Position numbers and translations under genes: made by a program
Origin: Actinomycetota bacterium
GTDB taxonomy: Bacteria; Actinomycetota; JAHEXW01
Direction: 5' to 3'
DNA length: 64,000 nt
NCBI GenBank assembly: GCA_041658625.1
Contig: JBAZZW010000002.1
Coordinates: 344,299-408,298, forward strand
In this document: positions 39,583 to 48,947 of the stretch, one piece after another
How the letters are laid out: the number at the start of each line of letters is the position of its first letter
How positions within the stretch are numbered: position 1 is the stretch's first letter
The notes under the pieces: generated by a model
Seen by the model: only the letters and a program-made list of their open reading frames with translations
Database searches by the model: none
What the model was told of the DNA's origin: nothing

Positions 39583-39991
39583 GGGTACGGTCAAGAAATA
39601 TGCGGACAAACAGGTCATATTCGAAGAAGGCGACCGAGGAGACAGGATGTACGTTGTCGTGTCCGGCTATGTGAGGATCTACCGGACGCGGGGCGGAAAG
39701 AACATTGATTACGGGATTATCGGACCCGGGGAATTTTTCGGAGAAATGGCGATGTTCGCCGAACACAAGCGGAGCGCGTCCGCGCAAGCCAAAGGCTTGA
39801 CCGAGCTGTCGGTCATCGACGTAGACAATTTTTTAGGCAGAGTCAGGGACCCGCTGGTTCTTAACGTAATCAAGAAGCTTTCTGAAAGAATAAGGGAAAT
39901 CGACGACCGCATCGAAGGTTTGATAATGCAGGATCAGGTCCGGAAGGAACATTTAAGCAACCTTATCACCCACAGTAGAAGGATCTACTAA
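39569..39991 (+). CDS. stand-alone cyclic-nucleotide-binding domain protein (no DNA-binding HTH)
   Basis: 140 aa. GEFFGEMAMFAEHKRSASAQA CNB signature. Overlaps the cyclase gene by 14 nt (operon). Confidence 0.75.
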   Translation: MSPDRGTVKKYADKQVIFEEGDRGDRMYVVVSGYVRIYRTRGGKNIDYGIIGPGEFFGEMAMFAEHKRSASAQAKGLTELSVIDVDNFLGRVRDPLVLNVIKKLSERIREIDDRIEGLIMQDQVRKEHLSNLITHSRRIY

Positions 39992-40005
39992 AACCGGCGC
40001 GGTTT

Positions 40006-40734
40006 ATGGGAGTCGTTGAACTTTTCTACGGGCTGGTCCTCGCACACTTCATCGCCGACTACATGCAACCGGCCGCTTTGGTCGAGTGGACGAAAAGAAC
40101 AGGCCGCGGCCTATACGTTCATGTAGGAGTCTATACCGTATTGACGGCTGTCGTCTTATACGGTTACGGCGGCAATCTTTGGATCCCCGTGCTCATCGTA
40201 ATGTCGTTAACTCATTTTCTGTTCGACAAGCTCAAATATTCGCTAGGCGATCAGACTGCCGGTCATTATCTATGGTCTTTCCTGCTCGATCAAGCCTTAC
40301 ATGGTCTGGTCATTATCGCGGCGACCGCATACCTTGCAGCAGCGACGGCGGGGCAGATCGATTTTCCGCCCTTTATCCGGTTAACCGCTCCTTACGTACG
40401 CGCGCTGATCGGCACGACCTGCGTAATCGGAGCCGGCTTTGGCGGATCGATCCTCGTCTTCGAGGCTTTGCGAACTTTTGCGCCGGCTGATGACGGGAAG
40501 ATAATCACGTTCAGAGACCGGTTGCCGGGAATTTTGGAAAGATCGGCCGCCGGGATTTTCCTTTTTCTGACGCCCCTGCTTTGGCTAACTCCGCTAGCGC
40601 TTGGATTTTCGTTGGCCAGAAGCTTCTTTAACCGGAAGGATGTCGGCAATAGACGGGCGATGGTGGAATTCATTGCCGGCCTGGTTGGCTTTGGCATGGC
40701 CGCGGCATTGTATTATGGTAGGTATCTGGTTTAA
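40006..40734 (+). CDS. DUF3307-like polytopic membrane protein
   Basis: 242 aa, ~6 TM. N-terminal LAHFIADYMQ motif. Confidence 0.45.
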   Translation: MGVVELFYGLVLAHFIADYMQPAALVEWTKRTGRGLYVHVGVYTVLTAVVLYGYGGNLWIPVLIVMSLTHFLFDKLKYSLGDQTAGHYLWSFLLDQALHGLVIIAATAYLAAATAGQIDFPPFIRLTAPYVRALIGTTCVIGAGFGGSILVFEALRTFAPADDGKIITFRDRLPGILERSAAGIFLFLTPLLWLTPLALGFSLARSFFNRKDVGNRRAMVEFIAGLVGFGMAAALYYGRYLV

Positions 40735-40742
40735 GGAGAAGA

Positions 40743-41153
40743 ATGATCCCTATTGTCTCGGTTATCGGATATGACAAAGAAGCGAAGACGGCAGCCGTGA
40801 CGGCGCTGGTCAAGGAGATGACAGGCCGAGGATATCGCGTCGGTACGATAAAACATCACGTGCATAACGACTTCGAGATCGACGTGCCGGGCAAGGCGAG
40901 CCATAAGCACAGAGAAGCCGGCGCTTCCGAAGTCGCCATTGCCTCTCCGACCATGCTGGCCTATATAAGAACCCATGCTTCAGATCCCATGCTGGTCGAC
41001 GTGGCGGCGATGTTTTCGCCGGACATCGATATCATAATCACGGAAGGTTACGCGGCCGCGGATACGTATAAGGTCGAGTCGCCGGTGAAAAATGTTGAGG
41101 CCGCGGCCGACGCGATAGAAAAGGAATTCCTGAAAGACAAGGACGGCGGTTAA
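40743..41153 (+). CDS. mobB: molybdopterin-guanine dinucleotide biosynthesis adapter MobB
   Basis: P-loop-like IVSVIGYDKEAKTA…VGTIKHH. 136 aa. Confidence 0.8.
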   Translation: MIPIVSVIGYDKEAKTAAVTALVKEMTGRGYRVGTIKHHVHNDFEIDVPGKASHKHREAGASEVAIASPTMLAYIRTHASDPMLVDVAAMFSPDIDIIITEGYAAADTYKVESPVKNVEAAADAIEKEFLKDKDGG

Positions 41154-41155
41154 AG

Positions 41156-41584
41156 ATGCCTTTTAAGGCAGGGTCAAAGGAAATCGATTTTTCGACAGGT
41201 GGAAACGACGAGGTTGTCGACTTGACCGGCGGTGTTGCCAAAGCTGTTGCTGAGTTCGGCCTGAAAGAGGGAACGGTAACGGTCTTTGCCGTCGGCTCGA
41301 CGGCGGCTATAACGACGCTTGAATTCGAGCCCGGTCTGGAAGCCGATATCAAGGTGTTCCTACGGGATATCGCGCCGGCCGGAGACTGGCGTCACAACGC
41401 GACCTGGGGCGATGGGAACGGGCATAGCCATATAAGGGCCAGCCTTATCGGACCATCGGTCACAATCCCGGTTACAGAAGGAAAGCTCGCGCTCGGAACA
41501 TGGCAGCAAGTGGTCTGCATAGACAACGACATAAGAGGAAGGTCGCGAAGGGTGATCCTGCAAATGACGGGCGAGACAACCTGA
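41156..41584 (+). CDS. yjbQ: YjbQ/UPF0047 family protein (secondary thiamine-phosphate synthase-like)
   Basis: 142 aa. UPF0047 fold motifs (…TLEFEPGLEADIKVFL…HIRASLIGPSVTIPV…). Confidence 0.8.
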   Translation: MPFKAGSKEIDFSTGGNDEVVDLTGGVAKAVAEFGLKEGTVTVFAVGSTAAITTLEFEPGLEADIKVFLRDIAPAGDWRHNATWGDGNGHSHIRASLIGPSVTIPVTEGKLALGTWQQVVCIDNDIRGRSRRVILQMTGETT

Positions 41585-41606
41585 ACAACAAAGGAAGGGG
41601 GCAAAC

Positions 41607-42089
41607 ATAAAGATAAGGCACCTGGCCGCCGCTTCACTTTTTGCCGCGGGGCTGATTCTGCTGACGGCGGGTTGTTCGAACCGCCCGGAACTGGAACTGA
41701 ATTATAGAAACTCTTTTAAGAAGATTTGGGACAAAGCGATGTCCGATACGGAAGCGGCCAGGAAGAAAATCGACCAGGCCTACGCTGCCGGTGACATAAA
41801 AGAGGCGTCCGACGAGTACAAAAAGCTTGGTTTGACCTACGTCAAAGCCCGGGAAGATACGCGGCGCTTGAAGGAACCGGCAGGATACTCAAAAATCCAG
41901 CAGCTCGTTATCAGCTATTTCAACGAAGGGGCCAGCTATTATACGACGACGGCCCGCGTTATCGAGGACAGCGGCGGCAATTATGATTCGGAACAGGAAG
42001 CGGACCTAAAGGCTCAAGAAAAGAAATGGAACGAAGCCGCCGAGAATCTTGCCAAGGCGCTTAAGGCGAAGAAGATACAGGTCAAGTAG
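41607..42089 (+). CDS. lipoprotein (Lys-rich coiled-coil); signal peptide only with non-canonical start
   Basis: The track ORF starts at ATG 41739. In-frame upstream codons encode (I)KIRHLAAASLFAAGLILLTAGCSN, with lipobox LTAGC. No ATG/GTG/TTG is available; ATA 41607 sits 5 nt after RBS AAGGAAGGGGG. Confidence 0.45.
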   Translation: MKIRHLAAASLFAAGLILLTAGCSNRPELELNYRNSFKKIWDKAMSDTEAARKKIDQAYAAGDIKEASDEYKKLGLTYVKAREDTRRLKEPAGYSKIQQLVISYFNEGASYYTTTARVIEDSGGNYDSEQEADLKAQEKKWNEAAENLAKALKAKKIQVK

Positions 42090-42091
42090 CG

Positions 42092-42382
42092 CTACAGACC
42101 GGTCGGGTCCGAGGCGTACAGTTCGATATAGCCGCACTTGCGGCAGACATAGACGTTGATCTGGGAGCGGCGCTTAGGGTTGATGTAGAAAGTCTTATGA
42201 GGGCCTACAAGCAGGTTGTGCCCGAAATCAGCTTGGATGAAGTTAAGGATCTCGAAACTCGCCTCGATCATGGGGCCGCCGCACTTGTCACAACGTTTGT
42301 CGCCATTGTCCTTGTTGACGCCTTCCTCGATTTCCTCCATTATCTGGGCTTCTTGCTCGGCGAACTTGTCATTATCAGCCAT
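42092..42382 (-). CDS. small zinc-ribbon protein (hypothetical)
   Basis: 96 aa. CDKCGG…CRKCGY (C-x2-C…C-x2-C). Overlaps the mobA start by 8 nt. Confidence 0.55.
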   Translation of the reverse strand: MADNDKFAEQEAQIMEEIEEGVNKDNGDKRCDKCGGPMIEASFEILNFIQADFGHNLLVGPHKTFYINPKRRSQINVYVCRKCGYIELYASDPTGL

Positions 42383-42986
42383 TTAACCCTCCGCGTTCAC
42401 GTAGAATCCGGCCGGCTTCGTCCATATTCTCGGGCGTATTGACGTTAAAAAACGACAGACCGCCGCCGGCGAACTTATTTATAGTATCGTCATCGATATA
42501 TTGTACCCTGATCTTATCGAAAATAGAGGAGATGCGAAAGAGGCCGTCGTTTAACGAAGAGTCGATTGCGGGCACACAGGCTTTTGAATAAACAGCGTTT
42601 ACCGTGTGCTCGCGCCCTTCGTAGCGGGGAACAAGAGCGTCGACATTGGCGTCAGCGGCGGTCTTAAGCATGTATTCCACCAGACCGGTATCTATGAACG
42701 GAGAATCACAGGGGGCGACGATGCTATATCGGTCCGGAGCGGCCTTCAAACCCGCGTACAAGCCTCCCAGCGGTCCCAAACCCGGCACTTCGTCAGTTAC
42801 TATGGTGAACCTTCCGTCATGATCAACAAAACGTTCGGCCGAGTCCGCGACTACTATGAGGTTACCGGCCACCGGAGCAAGGGCTTCGACGACATAGTCA
42901 ATAAGAGGTTTATCGTTGAGTTTCTCGAAAGCCTTGTCGCGTCCGAAACGACGGCTTCGTCCGCCCGCAAGTATCAATCCCGCCAA
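42375..42986 (-). CDS. mobA: molybdenum cofactor guanylyltransferase MobA
   Basis: LILAGGRSRRFGRDKAFE N-terminal signature. 203 aa. Confidence 0.85.
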   Translation of the reverse strand: MAGLILAGGRSRRFGRDKAFEKLNDKPLIDYVVEALAPVAGNLIVVADSAERFVDHDGRFTIVTDEVPGLGPLGGLYAGLKAAPDRYSIVAPCDSPFIDTGLVEYMLKTAADANVDALVPRYEGREHTVNAVYSKACVPAIDSSLNDGLFRISSIFDKIRVQYIDDDTINKFAGGGLSFFNVNTPENMDEAGRILRERGGLNG

Positions 42987-43087
42987 CAGCGCCGCGCCTC
43001 CTTTGCTTGAACGAGAGGATTATATCACTATTCGACTAGGGTATTTGTGGTAGAATTACAGGTATCAAATGTTACGGAGGGAAATGG

Positions 43088-43426
43088 ATGTTCGGCCTTG
43101 GCATGCCCGAGATTATCGTCATATTGCTTGTCGCTCTGGTTATTTTCGGACCGGATAAATTGCCGGAAATGGCCCGCGGAATAGGCAAGGGCATTCAGGA
43201 GTTTAGAAACCTGACAATGGGTGTCGAGAAACAAATGAAGGACGAGTTTGAAGCGATAATCAAGGAAGGCGAGGAGCCTCCAAAAACCGTCGCGGCCAAA
43301 CCGGAACCGGCTGAAACGAAACCGGAAACCGCTGAAACAAAAACCGAAACGCCGGCCCAAGAAGAAAAAGCTGACGCCGAGACCGAGGCGGCTTCAGAGG
43401 ACGGGCCGGAAGAAAAGAAGAATTGA
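43088..43426 (+). CDS. tatA: twin-arginine translocase subunit TatA/E
   Basis: LLVALVIFGPDKLPEMARGIGKGIQEFR TatA signature. Acidic repetitive tail. Confidence 0.85.
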   Translation: MFGLGMPEIIVILLVALVIFGPDKLPEMARGIGKGIQEFRNLTMGVEKQMKDEFEAIIKEGEEPPKTVAAKPEPAETKPETAETKTETPAQEEKADAETEAASEDGPEEKKN

Positions 43427-43483
43427 CATAGGACGGAAATCCGTTCGCGAATAAGAGATTCAAACGGGAGCTGCTATGAATCA

Positions 43484-43575
43484 AGCAAGCGGGGCGGCTG
43501 AGAGGACGCGGACGCGTCGACCGTTAACACCTGATCCGGGTAATGCCGGCGGAGGAAACTCAAAAGCTAATCGAG
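43484..43575 (+). promoter_or_regulatory. TPP (THI-box) riboswitch
   Basis: GGGGCGGCTGAGAGG…ACCTGATCCGGGTAATGCCGGCGGAGGAAA matches the THI element (CUGAGA … ACCUGAUCUGGAUAAUGCCAGCGNAGGGA). Sits 5' of thiM. Confidence 0.8.
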
Positions 43576-43615
43576 AGGCTTAACCGACGCCGGTGGAGTC
43601 TCTTTTTTATTTTTA
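43576..43615 (+). terminator. probable TPP riboswitch expression-platform terminator
   Basis: GC-rich segment CGACGCCGGTGGAGTCTC followed by TTTTTTATTTTT. Stem pairing is imperfect. Confidence 0.4.
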
Positions 43616-43646
43616 AAACAGGGAAACGGGATTAAGGAGGAAACGT

Positions 43647-44450
43647 ATGAATTGGGGAGTTAAGGCTGCAGATTTGATGGTAGCGGTAAGGGAGAAGAAA
43701 CCACTGGTTCACCACATCACCAACTTTGTCGTCATGAACGAAACTGCCAATATCACGCTGGCCTGCGGCGCGCTGCCGGTTATGGCCCACGCCAAGGAAG
43801 AGGCGGCTGAGATGGCAGGCCAGGCCTCGGTTTTGGTACTCAATATCGGAACGCTTTGGCCTGACGAAGTCGAGGCGATGAAGTTGGCCGGACATCGGGC
43901 GAACGAACGCGGCATTCCAGTTGTGTTGGATCCGGTCGGGGCGGGCGCGACCGCCTACCGGACGCGCGTCTCGCGAGAACTGCTGGACGAACTTAAGATA
44001 AGCCTGGTTAGAGGCAATGTCGCTGAGATAGGTGTTTTGGCCGGGCTGGACGCTGAGATCGCAGGAGTAGAAGCAGCCGGCGGGCCGGGCGGAGAGAAGG
44101 AAGCGGCCGTCGCTTTCGTCGGTAAATACGGCTGCGCGGCGGCGGTCACCGGACCGGTAGACGTCGTCGCGGCGCCAGGAATCGTCCTGGTGATCGCCAA
44201 CGGACATAAAATGATGGGGACTGTTACCGGAACGGGCTGCATGGCGACAACCGTCCTCGCGGCTTTCGCCGCGGTTAATGATAATATGGCGGAAGCGGCG
44301 GCGGCGGGATTGGCAGTCTACGGGCTGGCCGGTCAAATAGCCGCCGGCGAGGCCAAAGGGCCGGGGACGTTTCACGTGCTCCTGTACGACGCCATGGCCA
44401 ACCTGACTGAAGATGAGATAAGGGCTGGAGCAAAAATAGATGAGATCTGA
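43647..44450 (+). CDS. thiM: hydroxyethylthiazole kinase
   Basis: HHITNFVVMNETAN…VTGTGC motifs. 267 aa. Confidence 0.9.
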   Translation: MNWGVKAADLMVAVREKKPLVHHITNFVVMNETANITLACGALPVMAHAKEEAAEMAGQASVLVLNIGTLWPDEVEAMKLAGHRANERGIPVVLDPVGAGATAYRTRVSRELLDELKISLVRGNVAEIGVLAGLDAEIAGVEAAGGPGGEKEAAVAFVGKYGCAAAVTGPVDVVAAPGIVLVIANGHKMMGTVTGTGCMATTVLAAFAAVNDNMAEAAAAGLAVYGLAGQIAAGEAKGPGTFHVLLYDAMANLTEDEIRAGAKIDEI

Positions 44451-45090
44451 GAAGAAAAGCATCGACTGCAGCCTGTGCGCGATCACAGTCGATAACCCCA
44501 CACTTGGGAGGTCGCACAACGACATAGCAGTAGCGGCTATTCGCGGCGGCGCGACGATGATCCAGTTCCGCGATAAGACCATGGACGATGCTATATTCGA
44601 GAAAGAGGCTGAGAGAGTCGGCGATATCGCTAAGGACGCGGGCGTTTTGTTTATCGTTAACGACCGGGTAGATATAGCCAAACGGTGTGGTGCCGACGGA
44701 GTCCACGTCGGCCGGGAGGATACCGACATCGTTGCGGCCAGGACGGCCTTAGGACTGGACGCGATCATAGGAGTGTCAGTTTCCGGCCGGGAAGAAGCGT
44801 TGGCGGCTGAGGCGGCGGGGGCGGACTATCTGGGCGCGGGACCAGTTTTCGAGACTGGCAGCAAGGACGACGCGGGCCGGCCGATTGGACTGGAAGAAAT
44901 GGCGGAGATTTGCCGGTCGGTGATCTTGCCGGTAATCGCGATCGGAGGAATCACAATGGCCAACGCGGCCGATGTTATGGCCGCCGGGGCGGCCGGCATA
45001 GCGGTTATCGCGGCTATCGCCGAAGCCCCGGACATGACGCTGGCCGCCAACGATTTAAGAGGATGTGTTGAACGCAATGTCGCTTCTTGA
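44440..45090 (+). CDS. thiE: thiamine-phosphate synthase
   Basis: TIM-barrel ThiE (…IQFRDK…FIVNDRVDIA…IAIGGI…). 216 aa. Confidence 0.9.
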   Translation: MRSEKKSIDCSLCAITVDNPTLGRSHNDIAVAAIRGGATMIQFRDKTMDDAIFEKEAERVGDIAKDAGVLFIVNDRVDIAKRCGADGVHVGREDTDIVAARTALGLDAIIGVSVSGREEALAAEAAGADYLGAGPVFETGSKDDAGRPIGLEEMAEICRSVILPVIAIGGITMANAADVMAAGAAGIAVIAAIAEAPDMTLAANDLRGCVERNVAS

Positions 45091-46381
45091 CGATTTGAGA
45101 AACGGAATAACGAGGCAGGAAACCGCCGACGTCGCGGCGATTGAGAATATAGACGAAAGCCGGCTGGTTGAGGATGTATTAAGCGGACACACGGTTATTA
45201 TCAAGAGCGCGGCCAGGCCGGATCAGATTCCTTTGGGCGTAGGCGTAAGGCTTAGGACAAAGGTGAATGCCAACATAGGCACCTCAGACACCTTTCGTTC
45301 CGCGGACGAGGAGATGCTTAAGTTAGACGCCGCCGTTAGCGCCGGAGCCGACGCCGTCATGGACTTGTCTACTGGCGGGGACATCTACGGCATACTCGGA
45401 GCGATTATTAAACGTTCCCCGGTTGTTGTGGGGACGGTGCCCGTTTACGGCGCGGCCGTGGCCGCGATCGACAAGCGGGGGAGCATAGTCGATATGACGA
45501 GCGGCGATTTATTCGCCGCCGTCGAGAAACACTGCCGGATGGGGGCGGATTTCATCACCGTCCACTGCGGCACAAACCGGGAGTCGGTCGGGGCTCTGGC
45601 CAAAGACAGACGCGTAACGGATGTCGTCAGCCGGGGAGGCGCCTTGTTGACCGGCTGGATTCTTCATAACGACTGCGAGAATCCGCTCTTTGAGGAATAT
45701 GATCGTTTGCTGGAAATCGCCCGGAAATACGACACGGTTCTCAGCTTAGGCGACGGTATGCGGCCCGGCTGCATAGCGGACGCGACGGACACCGCCCAGC
45801 TGACGGAGCTTAGGATTCTTGGAGAACTGGCCGCGAGAGCCAGGCAAGCGGGCGTGCAGGCGATGATCGAAGGACCGGGACACATTCCGTTGGACCAGGT
45901 AGAGATGAACGTGCGACTGGAAAAGGAATACTGCGACGGGGCGCCGTTTTACGTGTTGGGTCCGCTGGTCACCGACATAGCGCCGGGATATGATGAGCTG
46001 ACGGCCGGCATAGGCGGCGCCATCGCGGCGGCCGCCGGGGCGGATTTTCTTTGCTACGTGACGCCGAGAGAACATTTGGGCCTGCCGGATATTAACGATG
46101 TGCACAGGGGCGTTATCGCTTCAAGAATAGCCGCCCACGCCGGGGATGTTGTGAAAGGCGTTCCAGGTGCGGCGGAATGGGATTTGAATATGGCCAAAGC
46201 CAGGAAGGCGTTGGACTGGGAAGCGCAGATCGCTCTGGCGATTGACCCGGAACGCGCGTCGGCCATGAGGGCGGAGCGCGGCCGGATCGAAGGCGAGGCC
46301 TGTTCCATGTGCGGACGCTTATGCGCGATGAAAGTCGTCGGTGAATACCTGGGCAGCCCTGTTTCCGAAGGATGTTCGTAG
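45065..46381 (+). CDS. thiC: phosphomethylpyrimidine synthase (radical SAM)
   Basis: C-terminal CSMCGRLCAM (C-x2-C-x4-C) ThiC cluster motif. 438 aa. Confidence 0.92.
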   Translation: MLNAMSLLDDLRNGITRQETADVAAIENIDESRLVEDVLSGHTVIIKSAARPDQIPLGVGVRLRTKVNANIGTSDTFRSADEEMLKLDAAVSAGADAVMDLSTGGDIYGILGAIIKRSPVVVGTVPVYGAAVAAIDKRGSIVDMTSGDLFAAVEKHCRMGADFITVHCGTNRESVGALAKDRRVTDVVSRGGALLTGWILHNDCENPLFEEYDRLLEIARKYDTVLSLGDGMRPGCIADATDTAQLTELRILGELAARARQAGVQAMIEGPGHIPLDQVEMNVRLEKEYCDGAPFYVLGPLVTDIAPGYDELTAGIGGAIAAAAGADFLCYVTPREHLGLPDINDVHRGVIASRIAAHAGDVVKGVPGAAEWDLNMAKARKALDWEAQIALAIDPERASAMRAERGRIEGEACSMCGRLCAMKVVGEYLGSPVSEGCS

Positions 46382-46399
46382 ATCAAGCCGGAGCGGCGT

Positions 46400-47428
46400 A
46401 TGAAGATTGACGACATAGGCGAATTCGGCTTAATCGAACAAATAGCGGAGCTCGTCAAAAAGGAGCAGAAAAAGAACGCTCGCGTCAGCGTGGGTATCGG
46501 CGACGACACGGCCGTTGTCGCCCCGCCCGACGCCGACCGGATGCTTTTAACAACCGACACGATGGTGGAAAACGTTCACTTTAACAGGGCATACGTCCGA
46601 GGCGAGGACATCGGATATAAGGCCATGGCGACAAATATAAGCGATATCGCAGCCATGGGAGGCCGGCCTGACTACGCGACGGTAACGCTCGGATTACCGA
46701 GGGACACGGAAGTTGAGTTCATCAAGGACATCTATCGCGGCCTTTTGGATTGTGGCCAAGAGTACGGGGCGACCATCGTCGGCGGGGATTTAACCAAAGC
46801 CAACAAGATTTTTATAACCGTCAGTCTTACCGGCCACGCTGGCACGGATTATGTAAAACTAAGATCTTATGCCGAACCGGGCGATGTAGTGATGGTAACG
46901 GGCGCTTTGGGCGGCGCCGGGGCGGCCTTAAAAGGTCTTAAGGCCGGCGCACGACCAGGCCGGGGGATGCCCAAGTCTCTTTTCCTGCGATTTGCCCGAC
47001 CAACGCCCAGACTTGCCGAAGGTCTGACTGCGGCCAAAGAAGGGGCCGGCGCGATGCAGGATATTAGCGACGGATTGCTGGCCGACCTAAAGCATATCTG
47101 CCAGGCCAGCGGGCATGGGGCAAAGATACGGCTAAACTCTATTCCTGTCTTTCCGGAAGCCAGCCGCTTACCGGGATTGTCAAAAGCCAGCGCTTTGCGG
47201 CTGGCTTTAACCGGAGGGGAAGACTACGAGCTGATTATTACGGCCAACCCGGCCCAAGCAAACATAATTAAAGCCAAAGTTGAGGTTGAGACTAACACGC
47301 AGGTCTCATTTATCGGAGAGATTACGGAAGCCGGCGGCGGGGTTGAGATGATAGACGAGGAGGGACGGGCCGTTGTCCAAAGAAGGACAGGTTATGACCA
47401 CTTTACAGGAGGAAGCATCCGAGAATAA
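46400..47428 (+). CDS. thiL: thiamine-monophosphate kinase
   Basis: AIR-synthase-related N and C domains (VSVGIGDDTAVV). 342 aa. Confidence 0.85.
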   Translation: MKIDDIGEFGLIEQIAELVKKEQKKNARVSVGIGDDTAVVAPPDADRMLLTTDTMVENVHFNRAYVRGEDIGYKAMATNISDIAAMGGRPDYATVTLGLPRDTEVEFIKDIYRGLLDCGQEYGATIVGGDLTKANKIFITVSLTGHAGTDYVKLRSYAEPGDVVMVTGALGGAGAALKGLKAGARPGRGMPKSLFLRFARPTPRLAEGLTAAKEGAGAMQDISDGLLADLKHICQASGHGAKIRLNSIPVFPEASRLPGLSKASALRLALTGGEDYELIITANPAQANIIKAKVEVETNTQVSFIGEITEAGGGVEMIDEEGRAVVQRRTGYDHFTGGSIRE

Positions 47429-48209
47429 AACGCCCCTGGTGATCGTCGCGGGCGGCCTGGATCCCAGCGGGGGAGCCGGCCTGGCCGTAGACATAGGCGC
47501 CGTCCACGCTTCCGGAGCGATAGCTTTGCCTATCGCGACCTGCCTGACAGCCCAAAGCGCCGCTACAGCCTACGCCGTCTATCCCGTCGATCCGGAGATA
47601 GTCGGCTTGCAGCTTGAAGCCCTTTTTAAGGACAGCCGTCCTTCGATCATAAAGACCGGCCTTATTCAATCGTCGGCCATGGCCAAGCTCCTGGTCGAGT
47701 TTACCCGTCAGCATAACCTAAAACTTATTGCAGACCCGGTCATAAAAAGCACCTCGGGTTTGTTGATGGCCGGAGAAGGGGCCCCCGAATTCATGAGCAA
47801 TATTCTAGTTCCCGCGGCTTATCTGGTAACTCCAAATGCCAAGGAAGCGGAGATCCTGACAGGATTGAAAGTCAATGACGCGGCTGGAGCGAAATCGGCC
47901 GCGAAGAAGCTGGTCGAGTCGGGCGCGGCTAACGCGCTGGTTACCGGCGGACATATAAATTCCGATGGCGATATTTCCGCTGACTACTTGTATAATGGAT
48001 TTGATTTTGTCGAATTCAAAGCCAAACGGGAATCCGGCGGAGAAACGCGAGGGACCGGTTGTATGCTGGCGTCAGCTATCGCCGGTCGCTTGGCCGGCGG
48101 AGAGGATTTGGAGGAAGCAATAACCGAGTCAAAGACCTTCGTATCGGAAAGAATCGTCAAGGCAGCAAATATTGCGGGAACACGTGTGGCGACATTTGGC
48201 GGGGCTTAA
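47394..48209 (+). CDS. thiD: hydroxymethylpyrimidine/phosphomethylpyrimidine kinase
   Basis: VIVAGGLDPSGGAGLAVD…TGCMLASAIA. ATG 47394 is the likely start (the track ORF begins at 47373). Confidence 0.85.
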   Translation: MTTLQEEASENKTPLVIVAGGLDPSGGAGLAVDIGAVHASGAIALPIATCLTAQSAATAYAVYPVDPEIVGLQLEALFKDSRPSIIKTGLIQSSAMAKLLVEFTRQHNLKLIADPVIKSTSGLLMAGEGAPEFMSNILVPAAYLVTPNAKEAEILTGLKVNDAAGAKSAAKKLVESGAANALVTGGHINSDGDISADYLYNGFDFVEFKAKRESGGETRGTGCMLASAIAGRLAGGEDLEEAITESKTFVSERIVKAANIAGTRVATFGGA

Positions 48210-48233
48210 GAAAGGGTAAGGGATAAGAATAAG

Positions 48234-48947
48234 TTGGCTAACAAAAGAGACAAAGCGCTCTTGGAGCTGCAGGAAATTGACTCAACACTGGATAGGCTGA
48301 AGAAAGATCTGGAAACAATGCCGGAGAAGCAGGAACTGGCCGAGATAGAGTCTCAGCTTCAGGCGTCGCGGGATGAACTGGCCGAAGCCGAAAAATCGGT
48401 AGTGGATGTCGAACACAGCCAGAAAAAACGGGAAGACGAGTCGACGCGCTTCGAAGACAAAATAAAGAATGAAGAGAAAAAACTGTACGCGGGGACGGTA
48501 ACGAATCCGAAGGAGCTTATGTCGCTACAACAGGAGATAAAGGTCTTGTCGGACGAGAAGGACACAGTCGACACGGAGTACTTGATCGGCCTTGACGAGT
48601 TGTCGGAAGCCCAAGGCCTGGAAGCCGGGTTGAAAAACGATTTACGCGACAGGGAAGAAAAAGCCAAAACACTGGCCGAAACAATCAGTAAGAAAAGCCG
48701 CGAGCTCAAGGAAGCTATTGCCGGCTTAGCGGAAAAAAGAGATGCTGCGCTAAAAGACATTGATGAAATGACGCTGAAGACATACGAGCAGATGAGAGTC
48801 AAGGGTCACGGGAAAGCAGTCGCGATCGCGGCGGAAGGGGTTTGCGGGGGCTGCAACCTTGAGAACTCGGAAGACAGCGGACACGGTCCCAGCGGCGGTC
48901 CAGTAAGGCGGTGCGAATATTGCCACAGAATACTGATTTCGAAATAA
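48234..48947 (+). CDS. COG1579 zinc-ribbon/coiled-coil protein (Rv2229c-like)
   Basis: Long coiled coil then C4 zinc ribbon CGGCNL…CEYCHRIL. Sits immediately upstream of the RNase H gene, as in the mycobacterial Rv2229c-Rv2228c pair. Confidence 0.8.
   Translation: MANKRDKALLELQEIDSTLDRLKKDLETMPEKQELAEIESQLQASRDELAEAEKSVVDVEHSQKKREDESTRFEDKIKNEEKKLYAGTVTNPKELMSLQQEIKVLSDEKDTVDTEYLIGLDELSEAQGLEAGLKNDLRDREEKAKTLAETISKKSRELKEAIAGLAEKRDAALKDIDEMTLKTYEQMRVKGHGKAVAIAAEGVCGGCNLENSEDSGHGPSGGPVRRCEYCHRILISK

Noticed and set aside
38521-39991. Pycsar-like antiphage module (class III cyclase plus CNB-domain effector)
   Set aside because: The cyclase has the Lys/Asp pair diagnostic of adenine specificity, not the pyrimidine cyclase pattern. 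It also carries its own regulatory CNB domain. The CNB-only protein has no TIR/TM/nuclease effector domain. The neighbours are housekeeping (MobB, YjbQ). More consistent with cAMP signalling than defence.
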